A DNA stretch of 64,000 nt from the NCBI RefSeq assembly GCF_006345805.1, contig NC_042997.1, positions 83,762,001 to 83,826,000 of the forward strand. The letters are read 5' to 3'. Below are positions 63,826 through 64,000 of the stretch, piece after piece; the stretch's first letter is position 1, and each line of letters begins with the position of its first letter. The stretch is from Octopus sinensis. Taxonomy: Eukaryota. The notes below the pieces were generated by a model. The model worked only from the letters and a program-made list of their open reading frames with translations, did no database searches and had not been told where the DNA came from. The position numbers were made by a program, and so were the translations under genes.

Positions 63826-64000
63826 TCTTTATTATAATGTCAAAACATTAGAATGCCAGGTCAAATGCCCCTTGGTAGTTAGTTTGGTCTCTCTACTTCT
63901 TGCCAGTATTTATTCTATTTTTAAAGCTGCAGGTATCAATAAAATGAATACCATTTTCACATGGGTATTCACTAAACCATGCTCTACTCTTATTTAGACA

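Overview
AT-rich, microsatellite-dense eukaryotic DNA with no host protein-coding gene I can recognise. The repeat families (tRNA-derived SINEs with internal TA/TG microsatellites or ATT tails, RTE 3' ends ending in GATGAT) look like an octopus genome; this is inference from repeat pattern recognition. The window is dominated by transposable elements: dozens of SINE copies, a complete decayed Tc1 with IR/DR ends (39272-40862), further Tc1/mariner relics, TTAA-flanked and mariner MITEs, a young non-autonomous Helitron (22940-23452), RTE and HERO LINE fragments, and two Penelope-like (PLE) GIY-YIG fragments. The main signal is a set of unrelated, mostly palindromic non-coding elements carrying type I hammerhead-ribozyme cores with palindromic helix III. 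These include a TSD-flanked tRNA-headed element with a hammerhead tail and an inverted tail copy (33228-33664), and a ~450-bp fold-back with a hammerhead on each strand (47192-47640). They lie alongside PLE coding relics, suggesting a community of PLE-dependent, ribozyme-bearing non-autonomous retroelements. Most ORFs in the supplied track are microsatellite artefacts. SINE and LINE boundaries are approximate.
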